64,000 nucleotides of DNA from positions 800,001 through 864,000 of the forward strand of contig JAWLHJ010000001.1 of assembly GCA_041690395.1 (NCBI GenBank), written 5' to 3'. Position 1 is the first letter of the stretch, and each line of letters starts with the position of its first letter. Below the pieces are notes generated by a model. It did not search any database and had not been told where the DNA came from. It saw nothing but the letters and a program-made list of their open reading frames with translations. Position numbers and translations under genes: made by a program. Shown here one piece after another: positions 7,945 through 16,560 of the stretch. This stretch comes from Longimicrobiales bacterium. Lineage in GTDB: Bacteria > Gemmatimonadota > Gemmatimonadetes > Longimicrobiales > Gaopeijiaceae.

Positions 7945-10900
7945 TCACCGGCCGTCGGCCACCACCTCCAGGAACTCGGCCACTACTTTCAAGCGATCCC
8001 CGTCGCTGCCGTCCAGCTCTATGGCTGCAAACTCCGGATTGGCGGGCTTCAGTACGATCCGAGTGTGTTCCCACGAGTCGCCCGACTCAGCTTTCCTGCT
8101 CGTGTATCGCTTCACCGTGAAGGACTGTCCGGTCTCGGGATCGAGCTCATCGAGGAGGCTGACCAGGACCGTCTTTCCCTGCCGAGTCCCGTCAACGCCA
8201 GCCCGGAAAAGACACCAGGCCCCGTTCGGGATCATCGGCTCCATGGAGCGGCCCACGACCTGAGCCACGAACATGCCCGGTCGGAGCTTGTGCCTCGTAT
8301 CGATCTCGACCCACTCGAATCCGTCGCCCTCGGTGATGTACTGGTCTTCGCTGAAAGCGCCGGCCGCGGCCTTGAGTGGCACGAGCGGGACACTGGTGAC
8401 GAAGCGCTCGTCGGGGGTTGGGTCCACGATCCGCAGGGGTGGGCGGTGGCCTGCAACATCCCCGTCGATCACTTCGAGATGAGGCCTCGATCCGCTCGTC
8501 GTTGACGCCGAATCTGTGTCAGCCCGGGCGCTATCGAACCAGCTCGTATCGCCCTTCACTTCGCGCTGCTTCTGCTTCCCGACCAGGTACTTCGCAATGC
8601 GGGCGACCTTCGCGACCACGGCGGCCTTGTCGTCGAGGTCGAACGACGGAACAGCCACGACCTCGTACCCTAGGCTCCTTAGTTTCGCCCTTATGGCGTT
8701 GTCCTTCTCGGCCTGCTCGGGGTTCCCGTGGATGTGCCCGGCCATGCCATCGAGGTAGATGCAGATCCCGGGCTCGTCGTCCTCTTCGCTCTCATAGAAG
8801 AAGTCCGGGATCGTCCCGCCGTAGCCGGGGCCCAGGTCGATAGGGTACTGGCAGAACGGGTCCGGGAGCCCGGCTGCGGCCAGCAGGTTCTTGAACCTGC
8901 CTTCAATGTGCGTTTGGCTCTGGCCAGTCGTCGACTGCGTCTTCGGCAGTTTCTCGGCTAACGCGTGGCGCTTCCGTAAGCCGCCCGACGCGGCTCTGAG
9001 GATCTCCGCGGCCACGTGGCGGTCGAGATGCTCGTGATAGAACCGATTCCGATACGTCTGGAGGCAGTCCACGCACGAAGCCTCGCATGCGCCGGGGCAT
9101 TCGGTGAGGAGCTCCAAGGCAGCGATCCGAACCTGATCCCAGCGTTCCACCAGATGCTCGAGGAGTCCCGAGCCCCCCGGCATGGGGTCGTAGAGCATCA
9201 CGTCGCACGAGTCCTCGCCGGGTCGCCCGAATGCCATGAGCTGGAGATCTTCCACTTCCATGTCCAAGACCCGCGAGGCCCCGAGCCGCAGCGCTTCCAC
9301 CACGCTGAATCCGACCTTTCGATCCTCGACGTCGTGGAGCCCGAGCACGTCGACCTCCACGTCCGCGAAGAAGCCCGTGGGCCGAACTACGTGCCCACAC
9401 CGCTCGAGGTGGCTCTTGTCGAATTCTTCACGCGCCCGCTTGCTGGCGAAGGGCGAGAGGGACTGACCGCACGCGAGGCAGAGGGGAAATCCGAGACGGG
9501 TCTGCTCGACCTCCCTGCGGGGGCCGACGTTGACGATCCGGAGCTGGACACCCCGACGGAAGCGAAGGTCAAGATCGCTCCAGTCCCACGCGGTGCCTCC
9601 CCGGTGGTATCCACGGTCGTTGCCGTAGGTCGCCACCGGCATTTGGAAGCGAAACTCCTCCTCGTCGGAGATCTGCGACTGAGACGGCAGGATGACGTCA
9701 CAGACCGGGACGGCGCGGAGCTCCTGCTCGGCGAGCGGTGCGGTCGCGGAATCGGCCCCCACCTCGTGGACCACCTGCTGCTCGACGACCACCCGGAAGC
9801 GCAGGGTCTCCTCGGGCGTCAGGAGGAAGCGCCGGGGGACGAACCGGAAGCCGTTCGCGTAGATGGCGTTGCCCGGGACGTACTCCCGAAGCGCGAGCGT
9901 CGGGGGACGGGGGAGGTCGAAGTCATCGAGGCCCTGGGTCATCCGGGGGGGCTCGGCGGTACCAATGAGGCTCCCCGATTCCAACCCGTACCCGGGGAGG
10001 AAGCCTTCCCGCGCCAGCGCTCCCATGGTCTCAGAGTCGTCCGGGCCTCCCTGCGCCGCGCCGCGAGGACGGGCGTAGGTGCCCTTGAGGCGTCCGATCA
10101 CCTTCTCGCATCGGCGCTCGTGCGCCTTGTCCTCCGGATCGAGGCCGCCAGCCTCGTCCTTGATCTTCCACAGACGCCGCAACTCGCCCCGTGCCCAATC
10201 GAGCCGTCGTTTGAACCGGCGGAGGACCCCGGCGAGCTCGTCGGGCATCTCGTCGATGATGCGCGCGAGGAGCTCGCTCTCAACCGCTGCTGCGTCTTCG
10301 GTGGGCCACGAGTCCGCGAACGCGCGCCGCACGGCCCCTTCGACGGTCGACCTGTGTTGCCGGATCAGCGTGCCCAACTCCGAGACGTCGAGCACCTGAT
10401 CCAGGATCTGACCGCTCGCGGAGAACAGATACGAGCGCAGAGTCGGCGGAAAGCAGCGTGCGAGCACGTCTTCGATCTTGCGCTTCCGTTCCGGCTCCGC
10501 CTCTCGAGCGATGCCGTGTAGCGCTGTGAGCACCGTGGCGTGCACATGCTTCCGGATCATGACCTCGTTCCTGAGGTTGATCCGGGGGGGCTCCACCATT
10601 CCGCCCAGCAGCTTCAATGGCTCGCGGAAGTAGGCCTGGTCGAACCCGGTGGACTGGGCGTAGGTCACGTCGACCGCCATGCGGTGCCGGCGTCCGGCAC
10701 GCCCTACGCGCTGCCAGTAGTTCGCAGGTGTCGGGGGGACATTGCGCATGAGCACCGCGTCCAGCGCACCGATGTCGACGCCCAGCTCGAGCGTCGGGGT
10801 GCAGACCAGGACGTTGAGCTGCTCACCCTCGCCCTTGAACTGGTTCTCGATGCGCTCACGCACGGCGTGGGGCACCTGCGCCGAGTGCTCGGCTACGCGG

Positions 10901-13900
10901 AGCATCTCGTAATCACCGTCGAGCACCCGGAGATCGAAGTCGTCCTTAGACTCGTCCTCCCAGACCACGCGCCCACCACATCGCCACGCGATGCAGGCTC
11001 CTGTCGGGCTCCTCCGAAGCGTCGTGCGTCGACACTTCTCGCACCGATAGCGGCCGGCGTGTGGGTGAAGTGTGACTTTGGCCGCGTCGACGTGGTGAAC
11101 TCCCGCCGCGCCGGTGAGTGGCCTGCCCCATCCGGTCAGGGAAACCTGCACGAGGAGCTTCGCCTCCACCAACGCGCGCCACAGCTCGGAAAGGAAGTCT
11201 TCGAGGGCCTCATCCGGCACGCCCCAGGCCTTGGCGGCGTTCCAGATCTGTGTCGGCCGGCTCCCGATCCACTGCGTCACCCGGCCAGGCTCGTCGTTAG
11301 CGCCGCGACTCAGCTTCGCGCCCTTCGGACCGCCGGGAAAATCGGGCAGGTATCCGTACTGGACCTCCTTGTCCCCGCGATTCCACCACTTCTCGAAGAC
11401 TTTGGTGTTCTCGTCGTGCAGCAGCCGTGAGCGGCGCAGGTGATCGAGCAATGCCCCGATGCCTTCAGCGAGCGCCTCGGGGGCGACCCCCAGGACAGGA
11501 GCCCACTTCGAGACGAACGGCAGATCTTCCGAGAGCCCCTGGTATCCGACCTTGAGACGGCCCCACGGCTCGAGGCCGATGCGCTGCTTCACGCCCGTCG
11601 CGAGCTCTCTCAGCACCTGGATGCGGAGGAAGTAGAGTCGTTCCTCACGATGCTTGGTGCTGCTGTCGTCGAACGGAACGACCTGCCAAACCTCCGGCAG
11701 CAATGCCCTGGAGAGCTCTCGATCCTTCTCCAGGATCTCGTCCAGCGAGTACACGACGTCGCCCACCGATGTCCCTTCTTCGGGAATCTGTTGGGCCATC
11801 AAGGCGCGGAAGCGGAAGCGGCGGGCGTGGTCGCGCATCCAGCCGGACTGGAACGCGGCATCCTGTCGGTTGTCGGCGAACACGAGGAGCCGCGGCCGCT
11901 CGGAAAGGTGGACCATGGACTGCGCGAGGACGTGCACGTCGGATACACCCACCGCCCGGATGGGACGGGCCGGCTCCCGGTAGCGCCCGCCCATCGGACG
12001 CTTCCCCGGGGCCTGACAGGCCACGCACGAGTGCAGCACACCCGGGAGATCCTCCTTGGTGCGCACCACTTGAACGGCGACGAGGGCACCCTCGATGTTG
12101 CACGCCGCACACGCCTGGAGCTCGGACTCATGGAGTGAGCCACAGTGGCTGCACACGAACATCGGGTGTAGGCGTCCGTGGTCGAAGTCGTGTCCAGTCG
12201 GGAGCGGCGCTTCGTCGCTGTCCTCCGCGTCTTCAGCGTCTTCCACATCCTCGTCCTCGTCCGGCCGCACGACCAGACGGTCGACGAAGAGCGCCCGCAA
12301 TCCCCCGGACTCCTCGGGCACGTGCTCCCACAGGCGTACACTGCCGATCAGGTCGCCGCCTGTGGGCCCGGAACGTGTGCCGGTCCGCAGACCAAAGTCC
12401 TGAGCGAACGTCTCGTAGTAGTGCTGACCGCAGGTGGTGCACGTGATGATGGAGAAGCGCCGGTACTCCTCGCCGAGCTCGTGGTCCGCATCCTCCCCGG
12501 AGAGCCACAGCCGTGCGGACGCATTCGGACCGGAGAAGGTGGCGACGGCGCCACCGACGCCCCGCACGAACGTGTGGACGACCGGCCGCAGCAGGGGGTC
12601 GTGTCCTCCCCGGCCGGTCGCCGCGCCCAGCGCGAGCCATGAGAGGATCTCGGCTTCGGGAACGGGCCTGCCCAGCCGCTCGCCCAGACGCTCCGACAGC
12701 TCGCTCAACGCCAGGGGCGTCGAAAGCGCTTGGGCGATCTGAAACACGAGCTCGTTGCTCGCAAGCTGGCTGGCGAGAGACTCCTGCCACCGGTCCCGGG
12801 CCAGTCGGGCGCCACCGAGCTCCACGAGTTGGGTGGAGATGGCGTCCGCGACCTCCTCGTCCGGCGCATCCACCGCCTCCAGAAGCGCTGAGAGGACGGT
12901 GTGCGCCTGTTCCGGTGGGCCTGCGGGGACGCCACGCCGCTCGTTCCACCGCAGGTCATCGTACACCTCGCGCACGAGGGTCACGCTGTCCCCGTCCACC
13001 CCGAAGAAGCGGCGGGCGAAGTCCTTCGCGGGGTCCGCGCTCCCGGACGGATCAGCCATGGTCGCGGACGTCGCTACATGACGCACCTCGTCCGCCCGGC
13101 GGCCGCAGAAGGTGCGTAGCCTTCGGACCAGGCACGCCGTCTCCGCGCCCTGCGCTCCGCGGAACGTGTGTGCCTCGTCGAAGACGAGGAACTCGAGCGG
13201 CGCCCCGGTGAAGATGCCGACGTCTTTCCCACGCGTAAGGAGCAGTTCGAGCTGCTTCACGTTGGTCAGCAGGATGCGTGGCTGGCCTCCCTCCGCGCGC
13301 ATGACTTCCCGGCTCGCCCGCTCCTCCGGCGGGATCAGGCTCAGGGCCTGACCGGCCTGACGAATCTGCTTGAGGCGCTCGTGGTATGCGGCGTTGGTCG
13401 AGCCCGCCGGCATCCGCTCACCACGGACCTGGCCGTCCTGCTGGGGCGTCTTGCCGATGTACATCCCGAACGGGATGCCGCGGCCGGCCAGGAGTCCCCG
13501 GATGCGCTCGAGCTGGTCTTCGGCCAGGGCATTCATCGGATAGACGATGACCGCGACGACTCCGGGTGGGGCGCCGGCTTCCTGAAGCTCCAGGCAGCGA
13601 CTGATGATAGGATAAAGGAACGCCTCGGTCTTGCCGGAACCCGTACCGGTCGACATCACCACGTTCCGGCCCGCATGAATGGCCCGAACGGTTTCCTCCT
13701 GGTGCGCACGGAGCTCCGGGTAGGACGCCACGCCTGCCATCTTCGGGTGGAAGACCCCGTCGGCGATGAGCTTTTGAACGGAGCTGCCCTGCCGGAACGG
13801 CCGCGACAGGCTGACGTACGGCCCCTTCCGCAGGGGGGTGCGGCGTGTCTCTTCGAGTTTCAGCAGCGCACGGAGCTGCTCGTAGAGATCGGGGTCCGCG

Positions 13901-13977
13901 AGGGGATAGGTGGTGACCTGGTAGTGGAGGAAGTCGTCGACGACGCGTTCCGTGAACGTGATGGGGTTCAGTGCCAT
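7945..13977 (-). CDS. Giant DEAD/DEAH helicase with DUF1998 Zn domain, Vsr/DUF559-like nuclease and C-terminal S24 peptidase
   Basis: TGTGSGKT, YPMNAL, DEAH, TSAT, TPTLELGVDIG, YWQRVGRAGR. DUF1998-type LYDPMPGGSG...C..ACEASCVDCL. PDF..IYLDG..H nuclease. AAG...GRSMEP...VKR. Confidence 0.9.
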   Translation of the reverse strand: MALNPITFTERVVDDFLHYQVTTYPLADPDLYEQLRALLKLEETRRTPLRKGPYVSLSRPFRQGSSVQKLIADGVFHPKMAGVASYPELRAHQEETVRAIHAGRNVVMSTGTGSGKTEAFLYPIISRCLELQEAGAPPGVVAVIVYPMNALAEDQLERIRGLLAGRGIPFGMYIGKTPQQDGQVRGERMPAGSTNAAYHERLKQIRQAGQALSLIPPEERASREVMRAEGGQPRILLTNVKQLELLLTRGKDVGIFTGAPLEFLVFDEAHTFRGAQGAETACLVRRLRTFCGRRADEVRHVATSATMADPSGSADPAKDFARRFFGVDGDSVTLVREVYDDLRWNERRGVPAGPPEQAHTVLSALLEAVDAPDEEVADAISTQLVELGGARLARDRWQESLASQLASNELVFQIAQALSTPLALSELSERLGERLGRPVPEAEILSWLALGAATGRGGHDPLLRPVVHTFVRGVGGAVATFSGPNASARLWLSGEDADHELGEEYRRFSIITCTTCGQHYYETFAQDFGLRTGTRSGPTGGDLIGSVRLWEHVPEESGGLRALFVDRLVVRPDEDEDVEDAEDAEDSDEAPLPTGHDFDHGRLHPMFVCSHCGSLHESELQACAACNIEGALVAVQVVRTKEDLPGVLHSCVACQAPGKRPMGGRYREPARPIRAVGVSDVHVLAQSMVHLSERPRLLVFADNRQDAAFQSGWMRDHARRFRFRALMAQQIPEEGTSVGDVVYSLDEILEKDRELSRALLPEVWQVVPFDDSSTKHREERLYFLRIQVLRELATGVKQRIGLEPWGRLKVGYQGLSEDLPFVSKWAPVLGVAPEALAEGIGALLDHLRRSRLLHDENTKVFEKWWNRGDKEVQYGYLPDFPGGPKGAKLSRGANDEPGRVTQWIGSRPTQIWNAAKAWGVPDEALEDFLSELWRALVEAKLLVQVSLTGWGRPLTGAAGVHHVDAAKVTLHPHAGRYRCEKCRRTTLRRSPTGACIAWRCGGRVVWEDESKDDFDLRVLDGDYEMLRVAEHSAQVPHAVRERIENQFKGEGEQLNVLVCTPTLELGVDIGALDAVLMRNVPPTPANYWQRVGRAGRRHRMAVDVTYAQSTGFDQAYFREPLKLLGGMVEPPRINLRNEVMIRKHVHATVLTALHGIAREAEPERKRKIEDVLARCFPPTLRSYLFSASGQILDQVLDVSELGTLIRQHRSTVEGAVRRAFADSWPTEDAAAVESELLARIIDEMPDELAGVLRRFKRRLDWARGELRRLWKIKDEAGGLDPEDKAHERRCEKVIGRLKGTYARPRGAAQGGPDDSETMGALAREGFLPGYGLESGSLIGTAEPPRMTQGLDDFDLPRPPTLALREYVPGNAIYANGFRFVPRRFLLTPEETLRFRVVVEQQVVHEVGADSATAPLAEQELRAVPVCDVILPSQSQISDEEEFRFQMPVATYGNDRGYHRGGTAWDWSDLDLRFRRGVQLRIVNVGPRREVEQTRLGFPLCLACGQSLSPFASKRAREEFDKSHLERCGHVVRPTGFFADVEVDVLGLHDVEDRKVGFSVVEALRLGASRVLDMEVEDLQLMAFGRPGEDSCDVMLYDPMPGGSGLLEHLVERWDQVRIAALELLTECPGACEASCVDCLQTYRNRFYHEHLDRHVAAEILRAASGGLRKRHALAEKLPKTQSTTGQSQTHIEGRFKNLLAAAGLPDPFCQYPIDLGPGYGGTIPDFFYESEEDDEPGICIYLDGMAGHIHGNPEQAEKDNAIRAKLRSLGYEVVAVPSFDLDDKAAVVAKVARIAKYLVGKQKQREVKGDTSWFDSARADTDSASTTSGSRPHLEVIDGDVAGHRPPLRIVDPTPDERFVTSVPLVPLKAAAGAFSEDQYITEGDGFEWVEIDTRHKLRPGMFVAQVVGRSMEPMIPNGAWCLFRAGVDGTRQGKTVLVSLLDELDPETGQSFTVKRYTSRKAESGDSWEHTRIVLKPANPEFAAIELDGSDGDRLKVVAEFLEVVADGR

Positions 13978-14666
13978 GGCGTGGCTCCCGGCTTGAGCTC
14001 ATTGCGTCTCAACGGCCCTCGCGACCAGTGCCCGTCGATGGCCTGAAGGAACTCGGCCCTGACGAGCTTAGCACGCTCCGTGGTAAGCCCACCCGCCTCC
14101 TTCCTGACGACGACCCCTTCCATCGCACTGCCGCCTATTCGAGAATCTGAGAACAGGATCTCCCGGAGCTGCGTGATCGAAAAGTGCCCGGTAGCCAACT
14201 GAGGAACGCCCGTGAGCCCGAGTTTCGTTAGCAGCCGGTTACGGCGATCGATATCCCAGAAACCTTCCACTCGTCGATCATACACATCGAATCCCATGAA
14301 CCAGTCCGGCAGCCGGTCGTAGATGACGCTGTGAACGGCGACACACCACTCGCCGAACAGTATCAGGTCGGGATAGAGCGCGTCCGCTAACGCGGCTTCC
14401 CGGGCCGGCAGCCAGGACCAGAGCGGTTGGAACTGCCCGTGCGAGTGGGCGGGGTCCAGGTACTGCCCCCGATTCTGCACTCGCAGCCCACCCTCCTCGT
14501 TGGTCGAAAACCCGACGTTCGCCCCGTCGATCTTTTCCTCCACGACAACCTCTCCCGCGAGGAGCGCCTCCACTTCATCCGGTGCCAACACCTTGTCGTT
14601 CCGGGGCTGTCCGGCGCCAAGCCAAGCCAGGTGCGGGGTGTGCGGGAAGCGGAAGAACCGGCTCAC
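13968..14666 (-). CDS. ATP-dependent RNA ligase family nucleotidyltransferase (Rnl2-like core, ~232 aa)
   Basis: Motif I EEKIDGAN, then QNR, FGEW, GFDVY, EGVVVR, AKLVR. The GTG start at 14666 overlaps the upstream stop (GTGA). Confidence 0.85.
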   Translation of the reverse strand: MSRFFRFPHTPHLAWLGAGQPRNDKVLAPDEVEALLAGEVVVEEKIDGANVGFSTNEEGGLRVQNRGQYLDPAHSHGQFQPLWSWLPAREAALADALYPDLILFGEWCVAVHSVIYDRLPDWFMGFDVYDRRVEGFWDIDRRNRLLTKLGLTGVPQLATGHFSITQLREILFSDSRIGGSAMEGVVVRKEAGGLTTERAKLVRAEFLQAIDGHWSRGPLRRNELKPGATPWH

Positions 14667-15187
14667 CCCATCTTCTCCGCGTGCTTGGCCTCTATCGCGT
14701 CGGGGCAAATGAAATGGATGGACACCCGAACTGCCGCCAAGGCCTCCTTCCAACCCCACCACTTGCTGTCGAAGGACTGGAGGATGGGAGGCCGGTCCGC
14801 GTGCGCGGCGGCGACCGCCAGGAATTTCCGATCGGAGCGGTCATAGACGACGCCGTTCGGAGGAGCCGGCAGCTCCTCGAAGTCGTCATCATCATGCGCC
14901 TTGGGGGTGATCGTGACCCGCGTGACCTTTTCGCCGTTCCACTCATGTGTCAGGATCCATTTGAGGAAGGCGTCCCCCGGGCCAGGCTGACCTTGGGCGT
15001 TTAGGTTGCGTACGTACTCTGCCAAGATCAGGCGGTCGTGGTCCAGGAACACGTGACCACCTTGCATGACGGCTTGGAGTGTCTTGGCGCTCGCGGCAAC
15101 ACAATCCGGAGGGGCGCCCGGATTCGCCGCATTCGCCGTCTTAGCCACATTCGTATCGATCACGCAGCGCATCGGGACTCTCGTCAC
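14663..15187 (-). CDS. PIN-like domain protein (putative RNase)
   Basis: VIDTNV, ILAEY, DRSDRKFLAVA and SFDSKW supply four candidate acidic catalytic residues. Confidence 0.7.
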   Translation of the reverse strand: MTRVPMRCVIDTNVAKTANAANPGAPPDCVAASAKTLQAVMQGGHVFLDHDRLILAEYVRNLNAQGQPGPGDAFLKWILTHEWNGEKVTRVTITPKAHDDDDFEELPAPPNGVVYDRSDRKFLAVAAAHADRPPILQSFDSKWWGWKEALAAVRVSIHFICPDAIEAKHAEKMG

Positions 15188-16560
15188 CCGCCCTCGCCCT
15201 TCTGCATGCGTTTCGCCTGGGCTTCGCTCCGGGCAACGAGATCCGCCATCTCGTCGCCGAAAAAGTTCTCGGGCCAGTTGGTGATGTTTCCGAACAGGTC
15301 CAGATCCAACTCGCTGATCCGTGCCTCTGAGCGGTCAGTGTGCACGAAGTACAGTGCGGCGTGATCGGGGCTCAAGGCCTTCTCGGCGATGCGACGTTGA
15401 AGACGCCGCAGGAAGTGCTCCGAGTGGCTCTCAATGATGAACTGGACGTTGCGATCCTGCCCATTCTCACGCGCGTGAATCGCATCGACGAAGACGTCTG
15501 CGAGATCCGATTGAACCTTGGGGTGCAGGTGAATTTCGGGCTGCTCCAGGATCACGATCGAGCCGGGCGGCGTCGCCAAGCACTCGACGATGACCGGCAG
15601 GACCTGACTCACTCCGAAGCCCACGTCGGTCAACTTGACCTGCGGCATTTTCGGGTGGGTCTGCAAGAGCACCTCGTGCTCCTTCCGGCCCTTCGCAATG
15701 GGCCGCACCTCGAAAGCATGGATGAGACCCATGGACTTGAGGCGCTGCGCTACAAGCTCTTCGAGAGATCGGAGCCGTTGTTTCGGCTTCCAGTTGAAGC
15801 GGCGGTCCTTGGCGGCGAGAATGGCCTCAATTGCTCGCTCGCCCCGCTGTCCGACGTGTTGATGTTGCTCCCCCGACCAGAGGTAGGTCCGACGCGGGTC
15901 CTCCCGGAGCGGGCCCACGTGATAGATCGACTTCATCAGCTCCTGAGCCTCGAGCGAGAGGTAGGCGAGGAACGCCGTGTTCTGGTAGTAGGCGATCGCT
16001 TCGTCCGGGAAGCCGTGGAAGTGGAACGGCTGTGGCAGAGGCCACGCGCGCCCGGGCTGCCGGACCTCTTTGTACCCCTTGGTAAAGAGGTCGTAGTTGG
16101 ATCCGGTGGGACGACGCCGCATCCCGGCGACGAGTTTTCGCTCGCCTTCGGTCAGGCGATACGAAAACTCCTGGACCGTTGGTTGCCGGTTCCTATCCGC
16201 TTCGATGGATACTTCAAACCTCATTTCCGAAGCCGAGAGCGAGTAGCTGGACAGGGAGTCGTCGATCTCGACAGGCGACGTGGCACGCCATCCGATTTCG
16301 ATCCCCAGCGTGCGTGTAAGATCATGCTGGAAGACGATGTCCTCATAGGTGCCGAGGTCGACGAGCGAGGACGCATCTCCCAGGTGCAGCACGCGTCTCC
16401 GATCCGGAGACTCGATGGTCTGGCGAAGCATCAGAAGGAGGTGCGGGATGCTCGTCTTCCCCGCGCTGTTGGTCCCAAAAAGGAGGGTGAGGGGCGCCAG
16501 CCGAATGTCGCCGGAGTCCTGCCACCCCTTGAAGTTTCTGATGCGCAGGTGATTGATCAT
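15184..16560 (-). CDS. ABC-type (AAA_15/21) ATPase with DUF3696-like C-terminus
   Basis: IRNFK, Walker A GTNSAGKT, DVGFGVSQ signature, LEQPEIHLHP, ESHSEH, C-terminal GNITNWPENFF. Confidence 0.88.
   Translation of the reverse strand: MINHLRIRNFKGWQDSGDIRLAPLTLLFGTNSAGKTSIPHLLLMLRQTIESPDRRRVLHLGDASSLVDLGTYEDIVFQHDLTRTLGIEIGWRATSPVEIDDSLSSYSLSASEMRFEVSIEADRNRQPTVQEFSYRLTEGERKLVAGMRRRPTGSNYDLFTKGYKEVRQPGRAWPLPQPFHFHGFPDEAIAYYQNTAFLAYLSLEAQELMKSIYHVGPLREDPRRTYLWSGEQHQHVGQRGERAIEAILAAKDRRFNWKPKQRLRSLEELVAQRLKSMGLIHAFEVRPIAKGRKEHEVLLQTHPKMPQVKLTDVGFGVSQVLPVIVECLATPPGSIVILEQPEIHLHPKVQSDLADVFVDAIHARENGQDRNVQFIIESHSEHFLRRLQRRIAEKALSPDHAALYFVHTDRSEARISELDLDLFGNITNWPENFFGDEMADLVARSEAQAKRMQKGEGG

Noticed and set aside
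14667..14762. Longer N-terminus for the RNA ligase
   Set aside because: It overlaps the PIN gene; the GTGA-coupled start at 14666 fits the family start (FFRFPHTPHL).
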